From positions 574,182,001-574,246,000 of the forward strand of contig CM097882.1 of the NCBI GenBank assembly GCA_044892505.1: 64,000 nucleotides of DNA. The letters run 5' to 3'. Below the pieces are notes generated by a model that worked only from the letters and a program-made list of their open reading frames with translations, was not told the origin of the DNA and did not search any database. This document shows, one piece after another, positions 1 through 15,298 of this stretch (position 1 is the first letter of the stretch; each line of letters begins with the position of its first letter). Source of the stretch: Schmidtea nova. Taxonomy: Eukaryota. The position numbers and the translations under genes were made by a program.

Positions 1-555
1 TAAAAGACTACAAAGTTTTGATCGAAAAAATATCCACTCGTCATATAAGACTCCTTTACTTTATATTATATTTTTATCTTTTACTACACATAAGTTGAAT
101 TGATTATAGTTGGATGTGTCCAATAGTTTATCATGGATCATTGCCTTTAGCAACATTTCCTTGTTTTAGGATCTAAATTTCCGAGAAGAGTGAATCATTG
201 GAATCATTTTCTGTACATTAATTGAACAATAATTTGGATATAAATCACCTTACAGCTTTTCTTAATAAAAATGGTTCATTTATAGGCAGTCATTCTACAA
301 AGTTGTATAAGAAACAAATCACTTTTAAAGAAAATTCAAAATGGAATTTGATAATTCAAATACATGGTTAGAAAATATCACAAACTGATGTAATTTTACC
401 TGTTTGGAAGATTAAGAACGGAAAACTGGATACAGATTTTAATTTTTTTTTAAATAAAATTGTTCAAATTAAATGTTTTTTAATTAAAATCTTTAGGAAT
501 ATTTTGGTTGTCATAAAAATATTCAAATTATTTAATAAATAAATTAGTTACATTA

Positions 556-960
556 ATTGTGATAAACATTAATTACAAACGGGAAGTTCCTACGAAAATT
601 ATACACAACATGAAGTTTCCAACAGGAAAACCCCAACAAATTAAAAATAAAAATGATAATTATACAATCATATTTTTCATGCAGGGAAATGTCGAATAAT
701 GAGTTGTAAGAAACCTCTTGAAAGCATACATTATAATATTAAAGATGTTTGTCTTCAATCATGTACAATCACTATTGATATCGAACAAAGAATTAACTTG
801 TATTATTTGTCAAAGATAACAAAATTAGTATATGAATCAGAAATGTTCCCTGTATTGAGACTTAAATCTAATAAACCATTGTGTGTAAATATATTTTCTA
901 GAGGAAAATAGTTGTTCTTGGATTAAAATCTTTCAATTCTGATTATTTGGTAAAAAAAGT
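556..960 (+). pseudogene. Frameshifted TATA-binding-protein (TBP)-fold-like ORF, possibly of DNA-virus or mobile origin
   Basis: Joining frames across two 1-nt shifts (~686 and ~908) gives NINYK...KPQQI...TIIFF/GKCRIMSCKKPL...LQSCTITIDIEQRINL...YESEMFPVLRLKSNKPLCVNIFSRGK/IVVLGLK. This parallels the TBP repeat motif YEPELFPGLIY...LLIFVSGKVVLTGAK. Confidence 0.55.
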
Positions 961-2959
961 TATTCATGAGGTAAAAGATTTAATAAGTTCACCATTACTA
1001 TAAATACAGCAAATATTTTCTTTCGACAATGACAAAAATTTCGGAAACTAGTAAAATTTGTTTTGAGTAAATATTTGCTCCACTATTTTCTCATTAATTT
1101 TTTTTAGCATTTAGAGTTGAAGTTCTTGTTAATAAAATTTATCCAGATTTATCCAGAAATAAAAGATGAAATCTTGAATTGTACTCCAGAAATCGCTGCT
1201 CTAAAATTATATCAATCTACTGGAATCAATATATAACGCATTATATTCCATCATAGTTTTCGGATATATGGTTACGAAAAAAAATTAATATACTCAAGAA
1301 ATTAAATTGTACGTACAAAATGTCAAGAATGTGTTGATAACAAACTAAAAGAAACTGTAAGTATTTTAGTTAACAAACTTTACAAATATCCTGAATACGT
1401 GTGTTTTGATTATCCTAGTTATTAGTTAAAAATTATTGTCTTTATATGTTGTTGTTGTAAAAAATAAATTATTAACATGAGATTGATTCAAAAGTTATTA
1501 TCAGAGTTTTGTAGAGAAATACATTATAATTTGAATCATGTAAAAATTAACTTGAAAAGTTGTGAAAAAAAATCAAATTGCAGTGAGTGTAAAATATAAA
1601 ATTTAATATTATATGAAAAATTAAACAAGATTTGTAGAGAATAATATTTCAAATAAAATGAAATATAAATTCCATGAAAATAATTTCAAGTACTTATAAA
1701 ACGCTTAAATGTATAAAGCAACAAAAATAAAATAAATATTATAACAAATATTTATCGGATACGAAAGGCAAAACAAATTACTCAAGACATTTGTTTGTCC
1801 TTTCAATTGACGATAATGTATCGATGACAAACGAAAACAAGCTGTTAATATTTCAGTAAATAAACTCTTATTCTTTTTAATTATTGTTATTGATTAGTTA
1901 ATGTTTACAAGAAATTTTGTAATATATTAACTTGTTGAATAAATTGATGTAAAAATATTTTGGAAATAATTAAAATTAGTAAATGAAAATTGAAAATTTT
2001 GAAAATAAATAATTTCATAAAACTAATGACATAACTTTGTAGTATAGACAATTACGAGTTGAATGATATAAAGATATGTTGAAAAATATTTAGAGAACTT
2101 GTAAACAGTCAAAGTGCAAAATGTGAAAAACTCAAAAATCAATATTTACCCAAAAATATATACAAGTCCTTGAAAAGAATTTAATTACGAGTCTAATGAA
2201 TTATAATATTCATGAAAATAGTTTAGAGCACCTATAATAAACTAAAAGTGCAGTGTGTGAAAAATTAAAATCAATACTTTTTTGCAAAGTTTTTATATCA
2301 GCTCAAAGTTCATTTGATCATGAGTTTAACAATGTAAAAATTATTTTGATATAATGTTTCTGTCATTGGGAAAAACAAGCTATTTATAATCGATATTTTT
2401 ACAAAGTATTTTTGATCAAAAGATGAGGCACATGTTTTAGAGTCTAGTGATATGCATCATCTTGAAATTGGTCAAGTAGTTTACTTGGAATTTTGAGTTT
2501 ATTGGAGATCGATAATCGACTCGTAAACTCATTTCCAATAAAATATTTTATGGTAATTTTCTTTTGAAGAAAGATCTTGAAAAATCTACACAAAATTAAT
2601 TTTTCATACAAAAAATGTCACTGGGATAACTGGACATACTGCCCCCATAAGTTAATGCAACAAAAGTCTCCTAAAAACTGAGAAACCCTATGGAAAAACT
2701 CTGATTTCTGCATAAAAATGACCATTTTGCACAGTTTAGCACTTTAAAATCAATAGATGCACTTTAAAATAATGTGCAGAACTTTTTAAAACATATTGGC
2801 ACTTGAAAATATGTAGTAGAACCTTTTAATAAAAAGTTATACTTAATTATCTGCTTGCACTTTATTTGCACTTTAAATTCAATGATATTTTTTAAAAGAC
2901 ACTTTTGAACGATATTTCGATACATTGAGTTGACCAAAAAGAAATTATTTTGCAAATAT

Positions 2960-3295
2960 AATGTGTGGATCGTCAATACCTACAACTTTTGTCTTGGACG
3001 TTTTCTCATATCTATTTTAGAAATCGTATATTTCTTTAAACGAAACATTGGAACACGATTTTGAAACACAATGGTTAAGAAAAATAAAAGGTTTTTAAAG
3101 CTTAAATGTGTGTCTTGTCATTACCTACAACTTTTGTCTTGGAAGTTTTCTCATATCTATCTTAGAAATCGTATATTTCTTAAAACGAAACATTGGAACA
3201 TGATTTTGGAACATGAGGGTTAGGAAAAATAAAATTTCTTTTTAGCTGAAATGTGCGTCTCGATATGATCTACATTTTTTGTCTTGGAAGATTTC
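2960..3295. repeat. ~145-bp tandem repeat, about 2.3 copies
   Basis: TACCTACAACTTTTGTCTTGGA...AGAAATCGTATATTTC...CGAAACATTGGAACA starts at 2977 and 3122, with a partial third copy near 3268. Confidence 0.85.
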
Positions 3296-3360
3296 TATTA
3301 ACTTTATTATTTCTCGTTCTGTGCTCATTTAAAAAAACTCAAAAAAATCAATATTCAAAA

Positions 3361-3855
3361 ATTAAAACAAAAAGAAATACCCGCCTCTCCCCGGGGGGGC
3401 TAAAAATTTTATTTTAATCGGGGATGCGCGATAACTCATCCTGTGTTGGGGGCTCACACGTGTTTTTAGGTGCTTTCCGCACATCCTATGAAAAGGTTTC
3501 CAAAACAAAAAATGTGCAGCTCATTGTGATCTAACCTGCACCGTTGAGAAAATTTTAAAAATTTTTATTCTAACTGTGCAAAATAGTGAAAAACTAAAAA
3601 TATCAATAATCTGTGACTTGTGCGCATCCAATGAAAAATTTTCAGACATAGAAATGTGCAGCACATTGTGCTCTACCATATTGCGTTGAGAAAATTTGAA
3701 AAAATCGATTTGCACTGTGAAAAAATGTGAAAAAACAAAAAGTCAATAATCAAATATTAAAACAAAAAAAATAGCCCCACACTCCTCCCGGGGGGGTTTA
3801 AAATTTTGTTTTAATCGGCGGTGTGCGATAACTCATCCTGTGCTGGGGGCTCACA
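3361..3855. repeat. Pair of ~100-bp direct repeats (3361-3458 and 3756-3855), probably parts of a non-autonomous element
   Basis: Both copies contain ATTAAAACAAAA...CCCGGGGGGG...TTTTAATCGG...GCGATAACTCATCCTGTG(T/C)TGGGGGCTCACA. Confidence 0.7.
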
Positions 3856-3869
3856 TCCCCCTACTCATT

Positions 3870-5815
3870 ACGCGTACATAGTGCTTTATATAGGTCTTGA
3901 GCCAATGGACGATTATCGCCTTCCATATTTTCGATCATGAGCATCCAACCTGCTTCAGCTTTCAATATATATTTGAGTTTTCTGTACAAATATCTGTAAG
4001 TACTATTTCAATTGGCTTTAAAATATTATGTATTGCCTCAACTCGCATCCAATCAATTTCATGAAAAACCAGATTTGATTCTACGGCTACCAAAGCTAAA
4101 TTAATGCATGGCTTCAATTTTAAAAATCTTTCAATCATATACAATAATGAGTTCCATCTTGTCTTTTCATCGAGTATTAAATTAAGTTCAGTTCCACCAA
4201 ACTTTTGAATAACAAACTATTGAAGTTTAGAATTTTTCGTTGGACTTTTTCTAAATAATCTGCAAATATTTCGAACTTTATCAATGAAATCTTTTAAATT
4301 TTCACACAAATCAGGGACTAAAGCAGAGTTTTTATCAATGGTAAAAAATAAATCAAATTCTCCATTTTCCTTTTCTCCCATATCATCTTCAAATGATTCC
4401 TCGAGGCATGAGACTGATGTTTTCGGTTTCGTATATAAAACGTCACAAATTGCCAGATTTAATCCATGTGCAAAGCATTGTTGATGCTCAATTCCTGAAA
4501 TCATTCCATATCCAATCATCATGCTGACACCATCTGTTGTTGACATACGATATCTGTCGCGAGGTACAATCCGAATTTCAGTAAATGATTGTTGACCATG
4601 ATTTTTGTTTTTTCACTATTCAATGAGCCATCAATAAACACAAGTTCTAATGACCAATGCTTTGATTCACTATGAACATTAATGTTCATATATCTTTTGT
4701 TGTTTAAGGCGTTGTATTCATCGAGTGTCAAAGAAAATCTTACACCTTTGGAAATTTCTTTTTTTAAAAATGTTGTCAACTCATCTTTTTTCTTATAATA
4801 AAATCTAAAAGGAATAACACGAACAGTTTTTTCACAACCTGAAGGATCTTCATCAAAAAGGTCTCTCTGAATTTTAAAACCTTCACGAATGAACACACTT
4901 TCAACGATGACTCTGAAAATAATCATATCTATGCAAACCATTTTTGACACAGTTTCGATCATTGATTTCTTTAATACCACATTCATTTAAACAAGAGTTT
5001 TTTGTTTTTTCAATTTCGATTCAAATTCTTCATTTTGATCTGTTTTGTAAATATTCCTCAAATAATTCAATAAGCTTGTAGTCGAACCTCCATACAACTT
5101 CAGACTTTTCCCACATTTTAAGCACTTGCAAAGTTCAGAAGTACATTTTTCGAAAAAAATCCAAAAATTCGACTTTCCTTTATTAAAATACATGATAAAT
5201 TTGTTGGGAAAAAATTATAAAAGGTCAATTCAATCCAATTTTAAAATTATTGACACGTGTTTTTGAAATAATTTAGATATATAGTATATACTACATATTA
5301 TGTAGTATATATGTTGTCTCCATGTAAATCTCAGGTCTGAAGGAAATATTTTGCCTAATGTTATTTGTATTATTTATACAGTGTACTACATACTGTACTC
5401 AAATGCGCTCTTATTGGATCATCGTCGAATAGTTCCAGTCATGCGTAGCGAGCATGAATGAATCATAAAACACATTGACGTCTTGAGATAGTCGCAGTCG
5501 GCGGGAATTTTGAAAATCTGATTATCAATAACATGACCTCAAACGTTATTCGATAGCTGAAAGATTCTCGTTGATTTGGGAATCCATCTGCTTGAAGTGA
5601 AAAGGCTGTAAATACCAAGCACATAGGAAAACTGATCTAAACATATCAGAAAACATTTTAAAATATTAGACGTAAAAGCGTTAATTCTTAAATTATACCT
5701 TTATTAAAGAAATTTTATATATTTATTATTTAAGAAAAACTCGAGTTTTTATTATTAACTCGAGTTTATGTGATTTTTCAAACTCGAGTTTTTTTAACTC
5801 TGAGTCCAAACCCTA
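3870..5815 (-). mobile_element. Degenerate hAT (Ac-type, BED-finger) DNA transposon, 3'-truncated
   Basis: Fragmented minus-strand ORFs: BED finger (FW.FF...CKCLKC...GSTTSL, 4987-5193), FSLTLDE, TTDGVSMM, CFAHGLNLA, RWNSLLYM. The left end TAGGGTTTGGACTC is at ~5815, with CTCGAG subterminal repeats at 5740-5790. Confidence 0.85.
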
Positions 5816-6629
5816 CAATACTCTGACTCTTTACACCGTTCAATTAAATTATTTCGATCTCGGTTCCCCACAAAATCACGAAATTATACAATTTCAATCT
5901 TCTACCGTTTTCCAATTATCGCTCAACTTTCAAATCCAATTTTAATACCACATAATTTCTGCTTTAATTCAGATTATTTTTGCATTTATAGTTTATCATC
6001 GTCCGGCACTCATAATAATTTGTTTTTTGCATTCCTGTCTCTGGCATTTTCCATTTTCTTTTCAACTCATGTGTTGCCTCTGACTGTTCGGCACTCAGGA
6101 TAATTTATTTTTTTCTCATTTCTGCTTTTGGCATTTTTCATACTTTTTTCTTAGTTCCCACGTTACCTATGACAGATGTGAAGATGCCGATTTTGTTTTC
6201 GTGTTTTGTTTTTGTTTTTGAATTTTGAAATTCCACTTTGTTTTCTTGAACTTATTAATCATAAGTGACCCTTTTCTGTTTTATTGTTTTATTTCTTTTA
6301 TTTTTGTTACCCTTTCCTCCTTTTTCAATTTTTTGCTTTTGCTTTTTCTTCTCCAAGGTTCCGAATGTTCTCTCAATCACCTTATCGGTTTTCCCCTAAG
6401 TTATTCAATTTATTGAAAATATTATTTATTGTTTAGGTATCCTCAGCATATTTTATTTATAAGAATTACTAGTTAAATATTGAGTAAAAGATTTAGGTAT
6501 TACCATTAAAGGGTTTTTGCATAATAATTATTTAAAGAAATATCTTAATAATGATTAAAGTATTATATAGTATAATTTAATATTTAAATTGATTTTCTTT
6601 TCGCAAATATAGGTTGTGATTTAGCATTA

Positions 6630-7525
6630 AAGATAAAGGGATCGTGGGATGAAATGAGCGTAAGTTTTCTATCCACAGCTCTTGAACCCATTGATATACT
6701 CGGCCAATTATAGTTCGACTTACAGAAGTTGTACCTAGCAAAGAAACAATCTAACCAGGGTGGAAGACTTGGCTCCACAAAATATAGAAGATGCGAATAT
6801 GAAAAAGAAACCAGTCCCATGTGCTAAATTACTGCAATCATAGAGACCGACTAAGAACAAACAAACACAATGAAGTACAAAAAATCCTGACAGAAATGCT
6901 AAAGCAGAAAAATATTAACTTCGAAACAGAAACCAGGCCAAAACAATCTTCAATAATGTTAAAACCAAACATCATCATCATACAGGCCAATAAAATCACA
7001 GTGCTAGATTATAAATGTTCATTCGATGATGAATCCGCAGTTGAAGCAGCACGATTTGCCAATGAAGATAAATATCGAGAACTAGCCAGAGAAATTCAAG
7101 GAAGCACGCATACTCCAACCACAGTAGAAACATTCGTAGTAAAATCACTAGGCACATGGGACAAAAGAAACACCACGGTTCTAAAAAACCTAGGTTTCAA
7201 ATACAAAAAATACCAAGCGAATAAAAAAAAAGATTGAGAAAGTAATCAAAGGATCCAGAAAGTCCTTTGAAAGCCATAGAGGGTTATATACCTAGCAGAA
7301 AACAAACATGAACAAAAATTGTTCAAAAATCCACAAGTAACCAAGAGAATATCGGCAAATATTTCCACAAGTCCAATCAAAAGAGATAACAGTAAAAAAC
7401 TCTATAAAATATCACACTTGAACCGAAAAGTACCAAGAGGTAGGGGATATCCCGGACTTATGGGGAGAACCTACCTCTGTCTTTGCATGCTAATCATGCC
7501 TTGTTTGTTGTAATTAATAAAATTT
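6630..7525 (+). mobile_element. 5'-truncated non-LTR retrotransposon with restriction-like endonuclease (R2/NeSL-type), degenerate
   Basis: Frameshifted zinc-knuckle remnant RRCEYEKET/HVLNYC, then KHNEV...KPNII...VLDYKC...KYREL...LGTW...N..VLKNLG (ORF 6821-7237). The catalytic PD reads PN. The 3' UTR ends near AATAAA at ~7515. Confidence 0.75.
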
Positions 7526-9995
7526 TGACTTACTTGTTCATTGTGACTATTCACCGGTAAGTTACATTACCAACGTTGCTTTGTGACAGGTTACGTAATG
7601 ATTATGGGTTTGCTTGTTGATAACGAGATGACCTTGATTGTTAATATGGTTCAAAACATTAACAACTCAACACAAAACATTAGTTGACTATATTTTTATT
7701 AGCTACAATGTGATGTTGGTACTGTAACAAATGGGTGGACATTCGCAAAAAGTGAGCGTTAAATGAATCAAAACTATGATTGACCGAATGTCGTGGGTGT
7801 GTTCAAGGGCAACTGATAGAAGGTGTAATGTCCGTTTTTAGTCCCATAATGTATCATAACTATGTCTGATTTATCAACCAAAATTACTTTAGCTCATTTA
7901 TAACTCAAATAAATTCTTTCAAAATTAATCACTGTGAAATTTGTTATTTCCTCTCCCCACGTACTACTTATATATGAAAATTATTAATCTTAATATATGA
8001 AATTAAGTTGAATATTCTAAATATAAATAAGGAAAAGACGAAAAATCAATGAAGTAATATAATAATATGACATTTAAAACAAAATGTTATAATAAAATTA
8101 TTAATATATAAGTGTTATTATAACCTTTTAGGCACATCAATTTCACTATTACCACAAATAAAATGGAAAACGAACATATTCGGTCTACTCCAAAATCAAT
8201 TTTACATATAGACAATAAATGCATAATTGAAAAACAAGCATCATAATCTTCGTTAGCCAAGCCTCAAATTACTGGGAAACTTTTAAAAAAATCGGCTTCA
8301 ACTTTTCGCTTTAGACGACTCGATTTTGGATGAAGCACGAGGTTTTTACCGGGTTTATTGTCCGGTCGGAGAGAAAAAGTAGTGCAAGGATCTGAAAATC
8401 GAGCTTCGAAAAACTTACTTAGCGTCCAATCGAGTGGGGAAATAAGCTGAAACGTAAAATTGAAGTCGAGAAATTTTTTCAAGAAATACAGGCAGAATCA
8501 TGCGAAAACTATTTCATTAAGTAAATAAAAATATAAGAATTCAAACCTAATTTGAGATTTTGAGTGGAACGCTATTCAAATCGTCGAAGAATCAATTGCT
8601 GTATAATGCATATGAATTTGGTGTAAATGTCTAATAATATTATGCGATGTTCTAGAAAGAAACAAATCGATGATGGATGGCACTTTAAAATATAAAGAAA
8701 TTATGAGTGGGATACCTTCTATCGGCAACTAGGAACCCGAAAGAAGGATGTAGTGAGGAGTAGTTTCGACAACGAAGCTCATCTGCTCATTGATTCTTGT
8801 ACCACCGTGTACATTACCAACATAATTATTGGAAAGTAATTATGGTTACACGAATGAGGTTAGTTGTATTTCATGAAAGAATTATGGTTATATTAACCTA
8901 AAACTATACAATCTTTACATCAGCAGAACTAAGGTTAGGCATTTTCTTTAGATAGTGAGTTAAGTATAAAGGATCTACAATCATTTTAATTCAATCACTA
9001 ACTCGATTCTAGTTAAATAATCCTAAGGACTTAATGGTGTTTGAGATTCCAGTTGACTTTGTCGATAAGGACTAAATATACCTATCTTAAGTTTTTATTC
9101 CTGGAAATTTTTGCCAGGAAATAATGCAAATTCCTGTGAAGATTTTTTGAATATCAAAAATTATTTAAAAATTTTTTAATAGTAACTTTAAAATAAGTAC
9201 AGAACACTAGTCAAATTATTGGAAGATAATTGGTATTAATGATAAAGAAATATCAGTGCTAAGATAAATGTATAATGTTAACGAAATGAATCAGGTGAAG
9301 ATCAAGCATGTTCTATGAAACTATAGTTGAAAGAAAAGTGCAAGACATTCTATCGGCATCATATAAATTTGGAAAAGAAGATGCGACAAAAAGTTTTAGT
9401 AACTAAGCTCACATGTTCAATGGTGCTCATATGTGAATATGTGTGCATAAAATGTAGTCATTAAAAATTTTTGAGGGTTATAAATGTTTATAATAACTGT
9501 AGCTATAATAACACATTAATTTAAAGACCTCGATATCAACAATATTCGAATCCTCTATGTAGCCCTACACCATTATTGTTCTTATATAATTTATTGTTGG
9601 ATAAGAAAAAACATCAATTAAACTAATTTTAAATCAATTTTCATATTAATTTTAAATATACTTAATATTTATTCAAATTAATTAAATTATATTTCATTAT
9701 CACAATTTAATATTGATATTCAGTAAAAATTAAACTAAAAATTAATTTAAATGTTAATACAATTATTATAAATATCTAAAAATTTATTAATATTATTTTA
9801 TTTAACGAAATTTTTTATTTAAACGATTTAGCAAGTTAAGTGAAAATTTTCAATATTTACACTTAAAAATTATCAATATATAAATAATCTAAATTGTTTA
9901 AAACAGATAGTTTCTGTTGTTAAGACTGACCACACTTTTATAACAAAGAAAATATAAATACTCACGTCCCCCATTAAAATTATTCAAAAATCAAA

Positions 9996-11379
<1,384 letters not shown>

Positions 11380-13821
11380 TAATAATAATAATAGATTTTT
11401 TGTTTTGAAATTCAATAAAATTTTGGTTTTATATTGAATTATTTTAGTTTTGTATTATATTTTAATATTACCATAAATATCTTTTGGTTTCATCTTTAAT
11501 CTTTTTACTTAGATCAAAATTTTTTTTGGGTTTTATGTTCGGCAGTCTTTATCAAATGTACAAATACATGGGGATAAAGGCTGTCCTAATATATCATTTA
11601 CTTAACCAAAAAACCCAAAAAAAATTTTAACTAGTCATACAATTAATAAAATTATTTATAGATATTAATTTTGTTTTTTTCATGAAATTATTTTATTTAC
11701 GAAACAAAATTTTAAATATGAAAAAAGGTTATTTTTTTATGAGACTGTTTTTATCTAATTACTTTAGGTTAAATTATTGATTTGTGCATTTCATGTTTAA
11801 TTCAATAAACAAGTAAATTAATTCATTTGGAATAGAAATTTTAGTTTAGCTTTGAATGAATGTCATTGTTATGTTGTTTAGACTAACTTTCATTCCATTT
11901 TTCAATTTTAGACTTAGTGTATTTATACAGATGTGCATATTGTGTATTGATTTAGAAAGGAAATGGTCTGATTAATAACAAATGAATGTAATGTCTATTC
12001 AAATTTTCACTAATGTTTTAAACAGGAAATAAATTTGTTTTATCAATTTTTCATGAATGACATTGTCTTTAAACTTTGAATAATCAAATTTTTTCGAATA
12101 AACTTAAGTTGTACTAATAACTAATTTTATTTTAATATTACAAATTCCATTAACTTGAATACGATTTTATTCGTCATAATCTGCTATGTAGTGTCAATGA
12201 ATAATTTTTAGTTAGACTTGAGTGTGGGTTAAATGTATAAGTGGGTCATAATATTTAAGTTGATAATGCTACAAAGCTTACGTTTGAAAATATGAGCAGC
12301 TATTTAGAACATATTACTAATACATTTATAAAACTGATAAAATTAGTCATAATAAAAACAGTATAGATTTTGTGAAATTGCATACTTTGTTCTGTTTGTT
12401 ACATATTTTCGTATTCTCAAATTTGATTTTTTTATTTACAATTATTATGAAATCTAATTATTATTTAATAGATAAACTAAAATGAGATGATGTAATTGTT
12501 TGATTGATCGCTGTATATGCAAATACACGTTAGCTCATCTGTTAGTATTATTATTGGGCAATGGGATCGAGGGTGACATAATGAATATCATGAACATGTT
12601 TAATTGAGAATTAAATTAAATTAAATTAAAAAATTAATTGATGTTAAATTAGCGAAGCAGCGAAAGAAGAAATGTTTTTAGTTTTACCACTTGTTTGCAT
12701 TTCTTGGTGTAATTAAATTGCATGTGATTGCTGTCATTGATTGTTTAAATCTATCTTTAAAACGTGTCGGGTAAATACGGCAAATGATCATGGAATTGCA
12801 TTAGGTATTTTATAGTTGTATTTATAAAATAGTACAACAGCAACTATTCTCATTTCATTGCTCATTTCAATGTTCACTAGAAAAAAAGTAAATGCTTCAA
12901 AAATCTAAATTTTGTAATCAGTGATTAAATGAGAAAAATGCGATTGCATTGAAAATATAATTTGAAATAACATAAAATTTTATACTTTAATGCAATTTAA
13001 GTTCAGTGCTAAAAAAAAAATAAAGATTTCTGATAGCCCTTCGAACGGATTATGTGATTTTTCGTCTATTAAATAATTAAGTATAGTATACATTCGATAT
13101 AGTGACAGTGGGTTAAAAATTTCATACAATTTATTTATTTATTAAATGACACCCAATAATTATTAAGTAGTCAATAAATTTTAACAAACTGTTAATCTTA
13201 GTTTTACATTTACAATTTAAAATATAATCATATATATTGTAATAAATTGTATTAAAGGTGACTATATCTAATGTATACTGTAATTGATTTTCCAGGCAAA
13301 TGAGTCATAACTTATTTTGGCATAGAAATTGACGAAATCTTATTGGCTGAATTCTATTAGTCACTGTTCAAATTTTCAGACAATGTTAAATCAAAATATT
13401 ATATAAATTTTAAATAAAAATATATTATGTATATTTCACTTTTTTATATTAAATAAAAATAAGATTACCATGATAAAAAATGTATATTTTATTACATGTG
13501 GTATGTTACTTTTTGAGAAAGTTAAAATAAGAGAACTCTTCATATGAATTCCGTTTATCCAATACAGGTAACATCTTTGGGTTGAGTTATTTCCTGTAGG
13601 TGAAATTTAAACTGAACAGTAAATGTTAAACTTCAAAATGATACTTTTCTGATGTTATTGAAGCAGTCTAAATTATAATGGAAAATTAAATATAAAAGCA
13701 ATAATATTAAATAGGAAAAATGAGGATTTTGAATTTTAAGTATCTTAGAAGGATAATTGCCAAGACTATCAGAAAGGTAGAAAAATAAATTGTATACAAT
13801 AAAATGAGAAATTTTTTGTTT

Positions 13822-13941
13822 AGTTGGATATGTAAATTAACTGGTGTTTTAATAATTGAGTATTTTGGCACTTTTATAAAATTTTAATTAAATAAATCTA
13901 TGAAGGAATTGCAGTCTCTTAAAACCGAGTTTGATTTAACT
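13822..13941 (+). repeat. 5' LTR of the Gypsy element
   Basis: Direct repeat of 18310-18429, 119/120 identical. Confidence 0.93.
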
Positions 13942-15021
13942 GGCGACCACGCCGAAAATCAGAATGTCAATGCAGTTTCGAAGTCAACAAAGACGTTAAT
14001 GGAATGCCTACCAAAATCATGTCAAGATATGCTCACGCTGAATATCAGACGATATGATGGAAGAGGATCGAAAGAAGCAGAAGAATGGATCAGAGACATA
14101 GAAGAATGGCTGTTGACAAATGGACAGCGATTGACAAGCACCTTCGATGTGTTATTAGTGGCAGAAGCTAAGACATTGTGGGGAAATGTCAGAGAAACAG
14201 AAACAACAGATATGAAAGCCAAAACTTGGTTCTTAAATACGGTTACAATTACGAAATCAATAACTGAAAAAATCAGAGAATTGGCAGTTCTGGAACAGGA
14301 AGATGATGAACGGCTTGCAGCTTTTGAGATTCGATTAAGGAAAGCTTTAGCTGAAGTTATAAATTCAGGACGATCAGAAGAAGATATTGTTCAAGATCTC
14401 ATCGCAAATAAAGCACGTGATGCGAGATTGATGGAGATAATATTGACGAAATCAGAAACAAAAATTGAAGAAACGAGATCATTGGCAAAGATTTTTGAGA
14501 GTAACAAAAATGGAAGCAATAAAACTGAATTTATTAAAGCAATTGGTAAAAGAACATATGCTAGCGTGATTGAGGGAGGGCAAATGAGAATTCAACAGAA
14601 TACTCAAGATACCAGGCCTACATCATCACAAAGAAGACTATCAGAAGACTCATTTAGTCATCACAGACCAAGAAGAGACAAACATCCGATACAAAACGAA
14701 GAAAATAACCGCGGTCGACGAGAACAATTCCCAAAAGAACAATTTTTGAGAAATGTGAGAATCCAAGATGGCTCAGAAAGGAAACTGCCAACAATTTCCA
14801 TGAAGGATATAGCAAGAAGGATCTATAACGAAAGTAGAGGACTACCACAAGTACCAGCTCCGAAATTAACAGTAGATGATTGTTTTTGCTGTGGCGAAAG
14901 GGGACACAAAAGATATGAGTGCCCACTGAGAAAAAAATGCCTGATATGTGGTAAGGAGGGACACGGGTTCCGAAATTGTTTTTTTTACGGAAAGAGGTTC
15001 CCCGTCGATATCAAAGAATAG
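13900..15021 (+). CDS. gag: Gag with two CCHC zinc knuckles; the true start is probably downstream of the LTR/PBS
   Basis: RYDGRGSKEAEEWI capsid-like motif; CFCCGERGHKRYEC and CLICGKEGHGFRNC. Confidence 0.85.
   Translation: MKELQSLKTEFDLTGDHAENQNVNAVSKSTKTLMECLPKSCQDMLTLNIRRYDGRGSKEAEEWIRDIEEWLLTNGQRLTSTFDVLLVAEAKTLWGNVRETETTDMKAKTWFLNTVTITKSITEKIRELAVLEQEDDERLAAFEIRLRKALAEVINSGRSEEDIVQDLIANKARDARLMEIILTKSETKIEETRSLAKIFESNKNGSNKTEFIKAIGKRTYASVIEGGQMRIQQNTQDTRPTSSQRRLSEDSFSHHRPRRDKHPIQNEENNRGRREQFPKEQFLRNVRIQDGSERKLPTISMKDIARRIYNESRGLPQVPAPKLTVDDCFCCGERGHKRYECPLRKKCLICGKEGHGFRNCFFYGKRFPVDIKE
13941..13951 (+). promoter_or_regulatory. Primer binding site, tRNA-Arg-like (TGGCGACCACG)
   Basis: Directly abuts the 5' LTR and is complementary to a tRNA 3' end ...CGUGGUCGCCA. 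The isoacceptor assignment is from memory. Confidence 0.7.
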
Positions 15022-15298
15022 CCTGCATAGAAGAAGAAGATTCCAAATCTGAAAAAAGAGATTACACCGAAAGCAGCCAGGATTTCAGAATGACTCACAG
15101 CGATATAGAAGATAGATACAATGTTCCTGAAAAATATACTACATTTAGAGAAGACGGAAAAAACATCAGCGACTCCATGGGTTTCATTTCGTCAGTGGAG
15201 TCAAGACAATAAAGTATGAAAGAAGAAATGAACGAAGAAGAGACGAGGCAGAAGAAGAGATATATCAGACGAAGGATGGAAGAAGTTGGAGTAAAATA

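Noticed and set aside
960-2400. Decayed ORF-like and Cys-containing stretches after the TBP-like remnant
   Set aside because: Too many stops and no recognisable motif to support a call.
8240-8500. GC-richer block with a 72-aa minus-strand ORF
   Set aside because: No TIR, TSD or protein motif could be established; probably a repeat fragment.
13900-13941. ATG of the 373-aa gag ORF inside the 5' LTR
   Set aside because: The start lies in the LTR and the same ATG occurs in the 3' LTR. It is kept only as the ORF-track coordinate; the real start is uncertain.
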